Shown here: positions 1-11,866 of the stretch, piece after piece
Layout: the number at the start of each line of letters is the position of its first letter
Numbering within the stretch: the first letter of the stretch is position 1
Source of the DNA: Zygnema circumcarinatum SAG 698-1b
Taxonomy: Eukaryota; Plantae; Zygnematophyceae
DNA length: 64,000 nt
Direction: 5' to 3'
Assembly: GCA_037447605.1 (NCBI GenBank)
Contig: CM074821.1
Location: forward strand, 1,488,001-1,552,000
Program-made: the position numbers and the translations under genes
The notes under the pieces: model-generated
Database searches by the model: none
What the model was told of the DNA's origin: nothing
The model's input: the letters and a program-made list of their open reading frames with translations, nothing else

Positions 1-675
1 GGGTTTAGGGTTTAGTGATATTGGACGTTCGGTTCAAAGCAATAAGGTAAGGGGGTTTGAGAAAAACCCTTGGTTTTCCCCGCTTTTCTACATTGATACT
101 GTGTAAAGAAATTGGAGAGAGAGAGAGAGCGAGAGAGAGAGAGAGAGAGAAAGTGAGAGCGAGAGAAAGTCACTCACGTAAATTGACCTAATCCGAATTC
201 ACGATTCGTAAATGGTGTATTTCACCTTCCGGTTTTATGTTCTAATACGCCGTTCACATGGACTATAGTTCTGTCTCGCTATGATTTGGCGCCTTTTACT
301 TGTCATTTCATGAAACTGTACGGCTGCTGAGTACATGTGCAGCATCTTGACACGGATTGCACTGAACATAGTTATTTCGATCAAACATGGAGATTGAGTT
401 GAAACTCAATCTTTCATTCGCATTCAGCATCAAGCGTTCTATGGGCATTTTTTCTTTTTAAGGCCGCAAGATTCTTCTTGAATTACAATATTTTCCTCTA
501 CTCCTGTGTATCTTTTTGCGGAAAAGAAAGATGGAATTTATTATGCTGCCATAGTAATGGTTGGCGCTAAACTTATTAAAAAAAAAAAACACCTTTTACA
601 AATTTTCCGAGGGACAACACGGAACATCGATCTATGTATGTACTTGTTTATCTATTTACAGAATTCAGCCCCATG

Positions 676-1461
676 TCAACGCGAGGAGACGAATCCTCCC
701 TGAACTGAGCCCATTCCGATCGGCAGCTCGTTGCCTTCTCGCCCTTCACGGTATGCATCCTCCGCCGCGATGACGCCCTGAGGAGATCATGCATCGACAT
801 GAGCAGAGGAAGGGAAGGGGAAGGGGGAGGGAGTGAGGGAGGGAGAGGGAGGGGAAGGGGGAGGGGGAGAGGGAGGGGAAGGAGGAGGGGGAGAAGGAGG
901 GGAGGGGGAGGGGGAGGGGGAGAGGGAGAGGGAGAGCGAGAGGGAGAGGGGGGGAGGGAGAGGGAGAGGGGGGGGGAGGGAGAGGGAGGGGGCAGGGAGG
1001 GAGGCCGAGAGAATGGGGAAAGAATGGGGAGACGGAGAGAGGCTGGGGAGGGCGAAATCATTATTGTCATTAGCACATCGGTCATTCACCATCTGAATTC
1101 ATGTTACTCCTATTCGTGGCATACGAAAGGCCCAAAATTGGTAAGACGAGAATTGCTCCCTCATTCCAAAGTTTGATTCCCAGTCCGTACTATCACCTCC
1201 TACCTTCAATAGGAGGAGCGCTCCCTTCTTCTCCAGCACTTCGTTGTATTCACTGCAGTTCAGCGACTGCCACCCCATGCCATACCATCCTAATGTGATG
1301 CCATCCTCTCTCTCCCCCTCTCCCCTCTTCCCTCCCCTCTTCCCCCTCCCACCTCCACCCTCCCCCCGTCCACCGTCCCCCTCCGCCCCTCCTCCATCCC
1401 CACTCCTCCCCCTCTCCCCTCCCCACTCCCTCTCCATTCCTCTCTCCCTTCTGTACCCCCC

Positions 1462-1500
<39 letters not shown>

Positions 1501-4500
1501 GTCTCTCTCTCTCCCTCTCTCCTCTCTCCGCCTCCCTCTCTTACCTGCACGCAATTGGGGCAGCCGGGTATTGCCTCGCAGTCGCAGGAAACCACGAGCT
1601 CCATGGCTGCCTGCAGGAGCTCCGCAAACATAGGGCGGGCCTGCACACCAAACGAACAAAAAATCTTTATCTTTAAAAATTCATGATCCCGCGCCTACCG
1701 AAAACCTAAAATGGGCAATATAGAATCAGTACCCCACCTGCGCCGCCAGCCCTATGCCGCCTGGATGCCGGTCGTAGATGAGTATCCGTTCTGGAAAGTA
1801 GCGCGTGTCGTCTGGATGGGCACACTCGGCGCCCACGTCCGCGGAGTTGCACATCACATATCTGCCCGGAAAAAAAAAAAAAAAAGGGGGGGACAGGGAG
1901 GAGGGTGGAGTAAAAAGTAAATATTAAGAAATAGTTTTGAACTTTGGAAAAACGCGTTAAAGGATAGTGCTCCATTACAGATTTTTTTTTTTTTTTATTT
2001 GGGTTTTTATCTCGCGGAAAAAAGTTCTCACAATGGCATGATGTTAACAACCGCATGCGAGGCTGCATGGAGACTCGCTCGAAAATTCAATTTTTTTTCT
2101 TCCAATTCTCTACGCAGCCCGTGGGGCACACGGACCCATGTTGCCTGCAAAAAAACTCCCAAAAAAAAAAAAGGGGATGTAAGGGTTGGGGCTAAGACGT
2201 TTAGTCCCTTGCGAAAAACAATTTCTAAATGTAGAAAGTTTGGTAAAGACATGAATATTTTTCTTTTCTTTCTTTTGAAAGGCTGCCCGTTTCGACCTGA
2301 GAGGGGAATTTGACGTCGGGCAGAAATAAGTCAACAAAGTCAAAAGTTTCGTTGCTGCCCCGCCATATCCGCCTAAACCCCAGCCAGCGGGTCGTGACGT
2401 GACAGGGGCTGCACTGCGCCGTCGTACTTCTGAACTTCTCAGTTGAAAGCTTCCCCGGATAGGCCTGCCGGAATTAGGGTTTAGGGTTTTAGGACAAGTG
2501 TTTGGGTTTAGGGTTTAGGGTTTAAGGATAAGGGTTCGAGTTTAGGGTTTAGGGTTTAGGTTTTAGGATAAGGGGTTGGGTTTAGGGTTTAGGGTTTTAG
2601 AATAAGGGTTTGGGTTTAGGGTTTAGGCTTTAGAGTTGTAGGGTTAGATTTAGGGTTAGGATTGTAAGGTTTTCGGGATTTAGGGTTAGTGTTTAAGATT
2701 TTAGGATTCAGGTTTTAAGTTTTAGGAGTCCAGGTCTTAGGGTTAAGGTTTAGGATTTGGGTTTTGAAGGCTTACTGTCACGGGTGAAGAATTAGGGTTT
2801 AGGGTTCAGGGGTGAAGACTTAGGGTTTAGGGTTTGCTCACAAGACTTCCCCCGAGCACGAACACATCCGTCATGTCCCGCGTTTTTGTGTAATATTTTA
2901 AGTCGGCTAAAGCGCATTTCGCTTCCTTTTTGGTCAAGTCCAAATTTTTGACCAGGTACGTCCTCCCCTGCTGCAGATAGACCGCCCCCTCATGCACCTG
3001 CACCACTCACAGAAGCCTTTTTTTTTTCCCCATTCAGTTCAAGCAATTCTTAAAACGTTTTAACAGGGGGGGCATAATAAAAAATAGATGAATTAATTAA
3101 ATTTGAAAAAAAAAGTTGGGGCGGAGGGAGAGAGATGCAGTCAAAGAAAGGATAAGCTGACCGCAAAAAACGCTTTATTTCCTTCGATTTCTTCTATCAC
3201 CTCACTGGTCCGCTCATCGATGATCGAATACTTTTCGGGGTCGATGGCTCGAATTCCGATCACCTGAGATGGTGATTTCTGGAAAAAAAAAATGGGAAAA
3301 AATAAACAAAAGATGGCGCGTGTGTGTGTGTGCCCCCGGGGGAGAGGAGGGGAGGGAGAGAGACAGAGAGAGGGATCAAGTGATAGCAGGGGGAGAAAGA
3401 GACAGGGGGAGAGAGAGATGGAGCGAGAGAAAGAATGGACAGAGAGAGAGGGAGAGAGGGAGAGAGGGAGAGAGGGAGGGAGGAAGAGAGGGAAAGAGGG
3501 AGGGATGGAGAGTGGGAGAGAGAGAGGGAGGGAGAGAGGGAGAGAGGAAGGGAGAGAGGGATAGAGGGAGGGAGGGAGAGAGGGATAGAGGGAGGGAGGG
3601 AGAGTGGGAGGGAGGACGAGAGGGAGAGAGGGAGGGATGGAGAGAGGGAGAGAGGGAGAGAGGGAGAGATGGAGAGAGGGAGAGAGGGAGGGAGGGAGAG
3701 AGGGATAGAGTGAGGGAGGGAGAGTGGGAGAGAGGGAGGGAGGGAGAGAGGGATAGAGGGAGGGAGGGAGAGAGGGATAGAGGGAGGGAGGGAGAGAGGG
3801 AGAGAGGGAGAGAGGGAGGGAGGGAGAGAGGGAGAGAGGGAGGCAGGGAGAGAGGGAGAGAGAGAGAGAAGGAGAGAGGGAGAGAGGGAGGGAGGGAGCG
3901 AGGGAGAGAGGGAGGGAGGGAGAGCGGGAGAGAGGGAGGGAGGGAGGGAGGGAGAGAGAGAGTACAGGAGTGCCTATATAGTGCCATGACAGGTCGAGTG
4001 CGCCATTGGTGGGATGTCTCCCGAGCAGACCTCCCTCTATGAGTTTGTTCACTCCCTCTCTCACTCCCGCTCCGAAGTAGACCTCGTCCTCTTCCGGCCG
4101 TAGGGCAAACTCGTAGGCAGCGCACTGCAGGTGCTGAACCAAAACCTGCATTTCGTAGAATTAGGGTTTAGGGTTTAGCATATACATTTTGGGTTCTAAG
4201 ATACTGCGCTTTATTGTCCTTTTTTATTTTTTCTTATTTTGAGGGAGTCAAGCAAACAAGGACTACATTCACGGAGAGGTATAAGTCAACTTTAGAATTA
4301 AAAAAAAAAGAGGGGAGAGAACAATGAAAGGGACGAGTCCTACGACTACTATTATTCTTTGTTCCTATGAAAAGAATCAAATCTTTGATTTTTCCGTTTA
4401 TTTTTGCGTTTTTTTTTTGTTTCGACTCACTTACTTCCGGGTTCTGGCAATCCACGTGGGCGTTTTCTATTGGTCGAGAGAACAGCTTATCCGGAAAGCG

Positions 4501-6513
4501 CATGAAGTACTGATCCAACGGCCCACCAAACGCCACGTAGATCGAAATCGACGGTTTTTCGCGCCTCCCCGCGCGGCCTGCCTGCTGCCACATACTGCAA
4601 ACTCAAACCTCCCAAAGGAAACAGAGAAAAAATGACTACAAAAAAAAAAAAAAAAAAAAACAGGAAGGNNNNNNNNNNCTCCCTCCCTCTCCCTCCCTCT
4701 CCCTCTCTCTCCCTCCCTCTCCCTCTCCCTCCCTCTCCCCCCCTCCCTCATCCTCGCCTTGCCGCGGAGCCCTGGAAGCCGAGGTGCAGCGATGCGTCCA
4801 GTTCCCCCACGTCGAGGCCGAGTTCGAGCGCGCTCGTCGCCGCCACGCCGCGCACCGCCCCGCCGTACAGCAACCGCTCCGTTGCGCGCCGCTCCTGCAT
4901 GCATGCAAGGACATGCATGGGCATGCAGGGATCGGCGGTTGGTCCTGACATTGATTGGTATTGCTGTTGTTGTATGTTGATTGATTTTTTGATTGTTGGT
5001 TCGTTCATTTTTTAGGTTCATTTTAATCTTCCGGGGATGAACCTGCGCAGTGTAGCCCGAGCGGTAGGCCCTGATGGTGTCCACTAAAGATGGCGCCGTC
5101 TCCTGCAGGGTCTCCCTCCTGCAGGAAATGGAAAGTCGATCATTAACGAACACAATCAGTAAAATAAAACAAAAAAAAAAGTTGTGGGAAAGGAGAGAAA
5201 AGTAAAGCACTGTACTAACATAACTCCACATCTCTCTTTGCCTTTCTTTAAATTTGAAGTAGAACGAAAATGATACGAAAGAAATGCTTCTAACGCAGGT
5301 TTAGATTCTAAGTAGACTACAAATAGTGTATAAATAATCTACAGATGGGGTACAAATGGGGTATAGTAAATGGAACATACGCATATGAGAACACGAGTTC
5401 ACATAACTTGCGGGTGCCGCAAAAAGCGATACATCGCAATCCGTGTTGAACCATTTCCGCAAAAAGGAGAGCCACCTCCACAATAGGACTGCCGCTCTCC
5501 CAACACCCCGAAGACAAAAATAAAAAAGCGAAATTTAAAAAATAAAAAGAATTGCGAATAAACTGAAAAGAGAAAAGGAAAAAAAACGGGGGGGTAAAAG
5601 TAAAGGCCCCACCTGGCCCGCCTTGTTTCCGTGTGATGTTCCGTTCGCGGACATACTTTAGGGTTTCTGGAGGGCTTATATCGCTTGCTTCTTTCCCCTG
5701 TTCCTTGAACCTGCACTGCCACGTGTCACAACACCATTCGTTCAAGGTGAAAGGCCACCACGCAAAAACGGAATACAGAACAGCACAGAAACCCTGCGAG
5801 CCTCCGCCTTCCGAAACGACATCCTCCCCACGGCCGTACCGCACCATAGAACCCTCCAACCCTAGAACCCTAGAACCCTAGAACCCTAAAACCCTAAACC
5901 CCAGCTGGCGGTGGGCCCCACCTGCGCGGGGGGGTTCCAGAGCGCGAAGAGTTTCTCCGCGGAGGGGCTGCCGTCGGCCTCCGCCGCCACCGCCTCCACC
6001 GCGACCAGCCCGCCCAGGGCCTGCCGCCCCGGGTCAAACCGGGTCAAACCGGGTCAAGCCGGGTCAAGCCGGGTCAAGCCGGGTCAAGCCGGGTCAAACC
6101 GGGTCAAGCCGGGTCAAACCGGGTCAACAAAGTCAACCGGATCCAGGAAGCAAGTCAAGAACGTCAAGCCAGTGAAGGGAGTCAAGGAAGTCAAACTGAG
6201 GTTGACGAAGGCAGAATTCCCTTTTGGTCTCCCTCTCCCTCTCTCCCTCTCTCTCTCTCTCCCTCTCTCCCCGTTTCTCTCCCCCTCTCTCCCCCTCCCT
6301 CTCTATCTCTCTCCCTCTCTCCCTCTCTCTCCGTTCCCTCTCTTTCCCACTCTCTCTCCCTCTCTCTCCCACTCCCTCTCTCTCTCTCGCTCTCTCTCTC
6401 CCTCCCTCTCTCTCTCTCTCCAATAGGTGTCACCCGAATTCCCACCTGGGAGTGTTCTCGCGGATTGGCAATAGTGGCGCTTGAAAAGATGAAAGTCGGA
6501 TCTGAGCCGTACA
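676..6513 (-). CDS. HRQ1: HRQ1-like RecQ-family DEAH helicase, 3' 16 exons (motif III to C-terminal DUF1998/MZB zinc-binding domain); 5' half absent, probably in the 6666-6765 gap
   Basis: Phase-consistent exons in transcript order: 6513-6446, 6020-5922, 5710-5613, 5488-5381, 5118-5043, 4894-4758, 4594-4435, 4145-3966, 3278-3162, 2997-2842, 2464-2297, 2144-2032, 1861-1738, 1640-1545, 1266-1204, 777-676. Motifs: [97 protein letters not shown]. The acceptor of the first exon is uncertain. Confidence 0.9.
2474..2832. repeat. Degenerate interstitial plant-type telomeric repeat (TTTAGGG)n filling a HRQ1 intron
   Basis: Repeated gggtttagggtttagg with variants; lies between exons 2997-2842 and 2464-2297. 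Confidence 0.9.
6031..6130. repeat. 10-bp tandem repeat GGGTCAA(A/G)CC x10 in a HRQ1 intron
   Basis: Ten units counted directly; further GTCAA motifs continue to about 6210. Confidence 0.95.
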
Positions 6514-7165
6514 CTGCATGGCCCCTGCCACGTGGCATCCTTCACTGAAAACTGACATGGAACACCGTCCTCAACAGCCAGATCTCACGAATCCCTTTGA
6601 ATTTTCATTCACAAAATTTTCCTCCCAAGGTGCGAAAAAAAACTTTGAAAGAGTTCCAAGCGAGANNNNNNNNNNNNNNNNNNNNNNNNNNNNNNNNNNN
6701 NNNNNNNNNNNNNNNNNNNNNNNNNNNNNNNNNNNNNNNNNNNNNNNNNNNNNNNNNNNNNNNNNGAGGGGGAGGGCGAGGAGGGAGAGGGAGAGGGAGA
6801 GGGATGGGGAGGGGGGAGCGGGAAGGGGAGGGGAGGGAAAAAGTGAAATTTCTTTTCAGGAAAAACGCCACGTCGTTTTCCATGTGGTAATGATCCTGCT
6901 GATAAATGTAAAAATAAACAAATACAGGCCCAGAATGGTAAATATCCCTACAAGCTGCAAAAAGTGACACGTCAGCTCCCCCCAAGTCGCACCCCCCTCC
7001 ACCACCAACTCCAAGTCCGAACATGTCACTGGATAAAATTGTTTCAATCGCACAAGCGGAGGGAGGATTAAAGTAGCGGTTGCCTTCGGCACTGCTGATA
7101 AATGTAAAAATAAACAAATGCATCCCAATTTTTTACATGGGTACGACCTTAGAAATGAGGGACCA

Positions 7166-8830
7166 CTAGTGGTTTTGCTTCGCGAACAATTTCAGCAATT
7201 GCATGCACTTTGGGAAAACTTGTGAATTTGAAAAGGCATGAATGTGTTGCTCTAAGCGTTGCACATTATCTGTGATGTTCAACACCGATATGTCGCCTAT
7301 TGTCTCGCAGGGGTCCCCCCCCCCCCCATTGCTCCCACCGCACCATCCCCCTTTAACGAACCGGCTTTGACCTCGATTCAAAAGCTCCCTGCACCCAAGA
7401 GATAAAAATGGGTCAATTTGATTCTAATGGGTTAATTATAAGATGATCATTTCAAGGCGCTAACCAATCAGTGACCAGTTTATTCATTCATTCATTCATT
7501 CATTCATTCATTCATTAGTGACTTCGTTTGGTCAAAGAGTTGCATCGCATGAACAGACAGATCCTTGGCTTCAGAAGACTCACTGGTCAATTTTCTCCAA
7601 AGCTTCTTCTGAGCCATTACCGAATTTCCTCGCGAAAGGGGCTCCCCATTTAGAAAATAGTGGAAAATGCGAAGTAGTGAGCGTTACTGGATGCTGCAAG
7701 AGCACGATCCCGTCAGAAAAAAAAAAAAAAAAATTTAAGCTGTACTACATGTTCAAAAATGAATGATGTGTATGTGGACAAACTTCAAACCAACCTCCTG
7801 CAAGCCTTGAAGCCCCCAAAACAAATGCCCATAAAAAATAAAACCCTCATAAGAACCATGCAACCCCCCCCCCATACGAGAAACCACGAGGACCACCCCC
7901 CCCCCTCCCCCTTGCCTGCCCTCCCTCCCACTTGACGTAGCGCAGGTCGGTGTTGAGAACAGAAGAGTTGAAGTCCGGCGAATTGCAAATCAGAGTATGA
8001 AAGTAAAGCTCTGGCGAGCTCAGAGTGTTGGCGAGATACAGCAAAAGAGTGCGAGGAAAATTTTCGTATCCAAAAATTGTGTACTCCGAAAAGGCGCGGC
8101 TAAAAACCACCCACGCAGAGCCTGCATATGCCAGGAAGGAATTCAAGTTTGTGACGAAAATGAAATTTAGAATCCTGCAACAGAAAATCTTGATGATGGA
8201 ACCCTCAAGCAGAGCCTAAGGATAATGAAAGGAGCTTTTTGTAAGAGAGTAACCTTTAAAGAAATTGAAGGCAGTGGGCATGGATCGGTTGTAATTCACA
8301 CGGAGAAGTTCCTTCTCTCCGCTGGAAAATTCCGAATCCAAAAACATAAGTTTCGACCGAAGTTGTCTGCAGGTGAAGCTCCGCCATCCCTCGGAAAGAC
8401 TTGTATGAGACAGGGGACTCATTCTTTGAAATTATTTTTTGTGTCACTTATCCTAGAAAACAGTCAACTTTTTAGGGATAGTGCAGCGAAAATACACTGT
8501 GTTCCGAGTGCTTGGCAATGGAGCTGAGAGAGAGAGAGAAGGAGGCGGAGACGGAAAGGTTCCAGGAGGAAAGAGAGAGAGACGAGAGAGAGAGAGACGA
8601 GAGAGGGAGAGGGGAGGGAGAGGCCAGCGACGCACATGACCTTCGTTTGGTTGACGCTGTGCGCGATGAAGTTGAGATGCCGCGGGAGAGAGGAAAACAC
8701 GTGTAACATATCTGCGTATCACAATTTGGCACGAACGAGAATGTGGCAATGCGAAAGCGCGGGCGAGAACGAGAGAGAGACAGAGAGAGAGGCAGAGAGG
8801 GAGCGCGGAGTGGGAGAATGCGCGTGCGCG

Positions 8831-8868
<38 letters not shown>

Positions 8869-10120
8869 NNNNNNNNNNGGGGGAGGGGGGGGGAGGAACA
8901 AGGCGGAACCCTAAGCGGGGCCATGCATGCATGCATGCAGTGCGACCGTACCGTCGGGCGTGACGAGGGGGTAGTCGGCGGCGCTGAGGTTGAGGAACCA
9001 GTCCCAGTCCGCGCGGCGGCGCAGGAGCAGCGCGAGGCCGTGCAGGTACGTGGTCGTCATCGACGCGCCCTTGTACGTCACCGCGTTGGGCCGCGTCACG
9101 ACGCGCACGTTCCCCGCCTCCGCGAACGCGCGCTCGTCCCGCACGAACTGCGCGACCGCCGCGTGCTCGTCCGCGGGGGCCGCGCGGTCGTAGTGGAGGA
9201 GGTACTCGTTGCGGGGGTGGTACACCGCGTACAGCAGCCGCCGCATGCTCGCCACCTGCCCTGCGCTGCCTGCGGGAGGGAGAGGCCGGAGGAGAGACCC
9301 CGATAGGGGCACGAGAATCTTCTTTCTCCCTCCATTCCTCTCTTCCCCGCCTTGCCCGTTTCCCCGCCTCCATCTTCTCCCTCACTCCCTCTCTCTCCAT
9401 CTCCTTCCATCCCCTTCCTTACCTTCCCCTGCTGCCTCTTCCTCCCTCCCCATCCTCCCCTCCTCACCCTCCCTCCCCCTTCTTCTCCCTCCCTCTCCCT
9501 CCCTCTATTTCCTTCCCCTTCCCTCCCAACTCTCCCTCTCCCTCCCTCCCCATCCTCCCCTCCTCACCCATCCTCCCCCTTCTTCTCCCTCCCTCTCCCT
9601 CCCTCACTTTCCTTCCCCTTCCCTCCCAATCCTCCCTCTCCCTCCTCCCCATCCTCCCTCCTCTCACCCTCCTCCCTCCCCCTTCTTTCTCCCTCCCTCT
9701 CTTCCTTCCCCTTCCTCCCGCCCTCTTTCCACCTGCCTACCCACCCACCTCCTCGCAATGCCCCTATCTTTCAACACATTTCGCCCTATTCTCCCATTTC
9801 ACCACATCTTTATTCCCTCCTCTCCCATCTCCTCCCTCCACCCCCACCCCACCTGCGATGAAGAAGGCGAAGACGGGCAGCTGCCTATCGGCTTTGCCCA
9901 CAAGTTGCAGCAGGCGGCCTCCCCCCTCCAGCTGCTGCCAGACCTCGGCCGCCGTCGCCACCTTCCCCTCTTCCACGAAGTACTCGGCGATGAATAGCAG
10001 CAATGCCGTCGCCGCCATTGCGCCGGCTAGCGCCACCACCCATCGATGGTCCCATCTCCTCGACGTCGCTGCAGACAAACCGCCCCTCTCGCTCGCGTCT
10101 CCTCCTTTCTCCGTCGCCAT
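7166..10120 (-). CDS. GT14 / core-2 I-branching family glycosyltransferase (GlcAT14-like beta-glucuronosyltransferase), copy A, complete, 7 exons
   Basis: Exons 10120-9853, 9269-8952, 8711-8636, 8366-8254, 8121-7916, 7693-7584, 7388-7166. N-terminal TM segment. Motifs: LPVFAFFIAG, AVYHPRNEYLLHYD, WDWFLNLSAADYPLVT, GSAWVVFSR, SSPELYFHTLICN, APFARKF, GGWC..DPC. Confidence 0.9.
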
Positions 10121-10601
10121 GGCGGGGGCGTTGACTGCATCTTGCTCTCCAGCTACCGCGTTCATAACGCGCTCGCAATTTCACGCGAGAGGGGAAAAAA
10201 GGAAGGGAGGGTGGGAGGGGAGGGAGGGAGGGAGGGAGGGAGGGAGGGNNNNNNNNNNGGGAGGGAGGGAGGGAGGGAGGGAGGGAGGGAGGGGGACAGG
10301 ACGAAAGGGAATGGGAGTGGCAGCGGGAGAGGGGGAGAGAGGGAGTGGGAGTGGGAGTGGGAGTGGTAGAGGGAGTGGCAGTGGGATAGGGGGAGGGAGA
10401 AAGAGTGGTAGTGGTAGTGGGAGAGGGAAACGGGAACGAGTAAAGTGGGAGAGGGAGGAGGCGGTTCAGAAATGGAAATTTTTGCGTTGACTAAACACCG
10501 CTTCGGAATCGTTTCCGTCAGTATGTCAGCATTCGTTACAGTAAGGGTATTTTGTGGATCGAATGTACGAACAAATGGGGTACAGTAAGCACCCTTAATA
10601 T

Positions 10602-11649
10602 TTGGAAAATGATACAGCGGCCCCACTTTTTGGATATCGGCGCCCCCTTTTGGGAAAAATTGTACTTTTTTTTTTGGCTAATCACCCCCCCCCCCTTGGA
10701 TCTTTCGGGAGGAGAGATCTTGTAGCCAATCGGACCCCGCGCCTCGCGCGCAGGATCCGACTGTGCACCGACGTACGGCGCCGCGCATCGCGGCGTGGCC
10801 CGCGAGATGCGGCGAGCCTACGGAAAAGTTGTCCTCACCTGACCCGTTTGGGTCAAGGGTTGCCACGTGGCAGTCTGCCATTGGACAGCCCTGCTGCCGG
10901 TCCCCCATGCCGATACAGTGGACCCCCATAATATTTTCCACCTTGTACAGTGCGTCCCCAAGAAATTCGCCCCGATTTTGCCGAAACCCCTTTTTGTACG
11001 GTAACTCAATGTTAACGTATTAGGGGTGTTAACCTAACCTGACCTATTCTCCAATACAACATCTGTTAGTCGAAACGGATTTCAAACATGGGTCACGCTT
11101 TTACGCTGTACGGTAAGTACGAATAAAATCTCTAAGTCGTACGGTATATGTACAAAACCAATAGGAGCTCGTGTATCTAAATCACGGTACGATACGATAC
11201 GATACGTACGAACAGACATGAACTCTAACATAATACCGCTCGCCTATTGGTAACACGGACCTTATATTTGCAAATTACAATATTTTCGCCCAGTATTTGC
11301 CGAAACCATGGCGAAAATATTATGGGGGTCCACTGTATCGGCATGGGGGACCGGCAGCAGAGATGTCCAATGGCAGACTGCCACGTGGCAACCTCTGACC
11401 CAAAAGGGTCAGGTGACGACAACTTTTCCGTAGGCTCGCCGCATCTCGCGGGCCACGCCGCGATGCGCGGCGCCGTACGTCGGTGCACAGTCGGATCCTG
11501 CGCGCGAGGCGCGGGGTCCGATTGGCTACAAGATCTCTCCTCCCGAAAGATCCAAGGGGGGGGCGTGATTAGCCAAAATGAAAGTACAGATTTTTTCCCG
11601 AAAGGGGGCGCGGATATCCAAAAAGTGGGGCGCCTGTATCATTTTCCAA
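10602..11649. mobile_element. Foldback-like non-autonomous element; inverted arms about 10602-10915 and 11336-11649; TA-CAG...CTG-TA ends at 10615/11636
   Basis: The arms are reverse complements (ttggaaaatgatacagcggccccactttttggatatc versus gatatccaaaaagtggggcgcctgtatcattttccaa). Each arm carries TGCCACGTGGCA (10861-10872, 11379-11390). Confidence 0.8.
10916..11335. mobile_element. 420-bp MITE, TA target duplication, TIR CAGTGGACCCCCATAATATTTTC (Tc1/mariner-pogo/Emigrant-like; 'family B')
   Basis: TA|CAGTGGACCCCCATAATATTTTC ... GAAAATATTATGGGGGTCCACTG|TA. Shares the ttcgccatggtttcggcaaata core with copies near 21480, 38720, 50625, 53130 and 53420. Confidence 0.8.
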
Positions 11650-11866
11650 GAAAAACTTTTTGACTTTTATGGTATTTAAGGTTAAAAGTTAAAACCTTTA
11701 AACTAATCTCAAATTGTCCCATGAATAAGCTATTTACGACATTGAAGGGATATCATTTATTTAAGGAGGCCTGGCCATGGCTCTAAGGGATGCGTTTTCA
11801 TGTCCCGCCATTTCAAAGGGCCGCGAGCACATCCGAGGAACCGCGATCCTGAGTGAGGCGGCCGCC

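Noticed and set aside
1-14. Telomere or chromosome end
   Set aside because: Only two TTTAGGG units, and similar short runs are scattered throughout the window.
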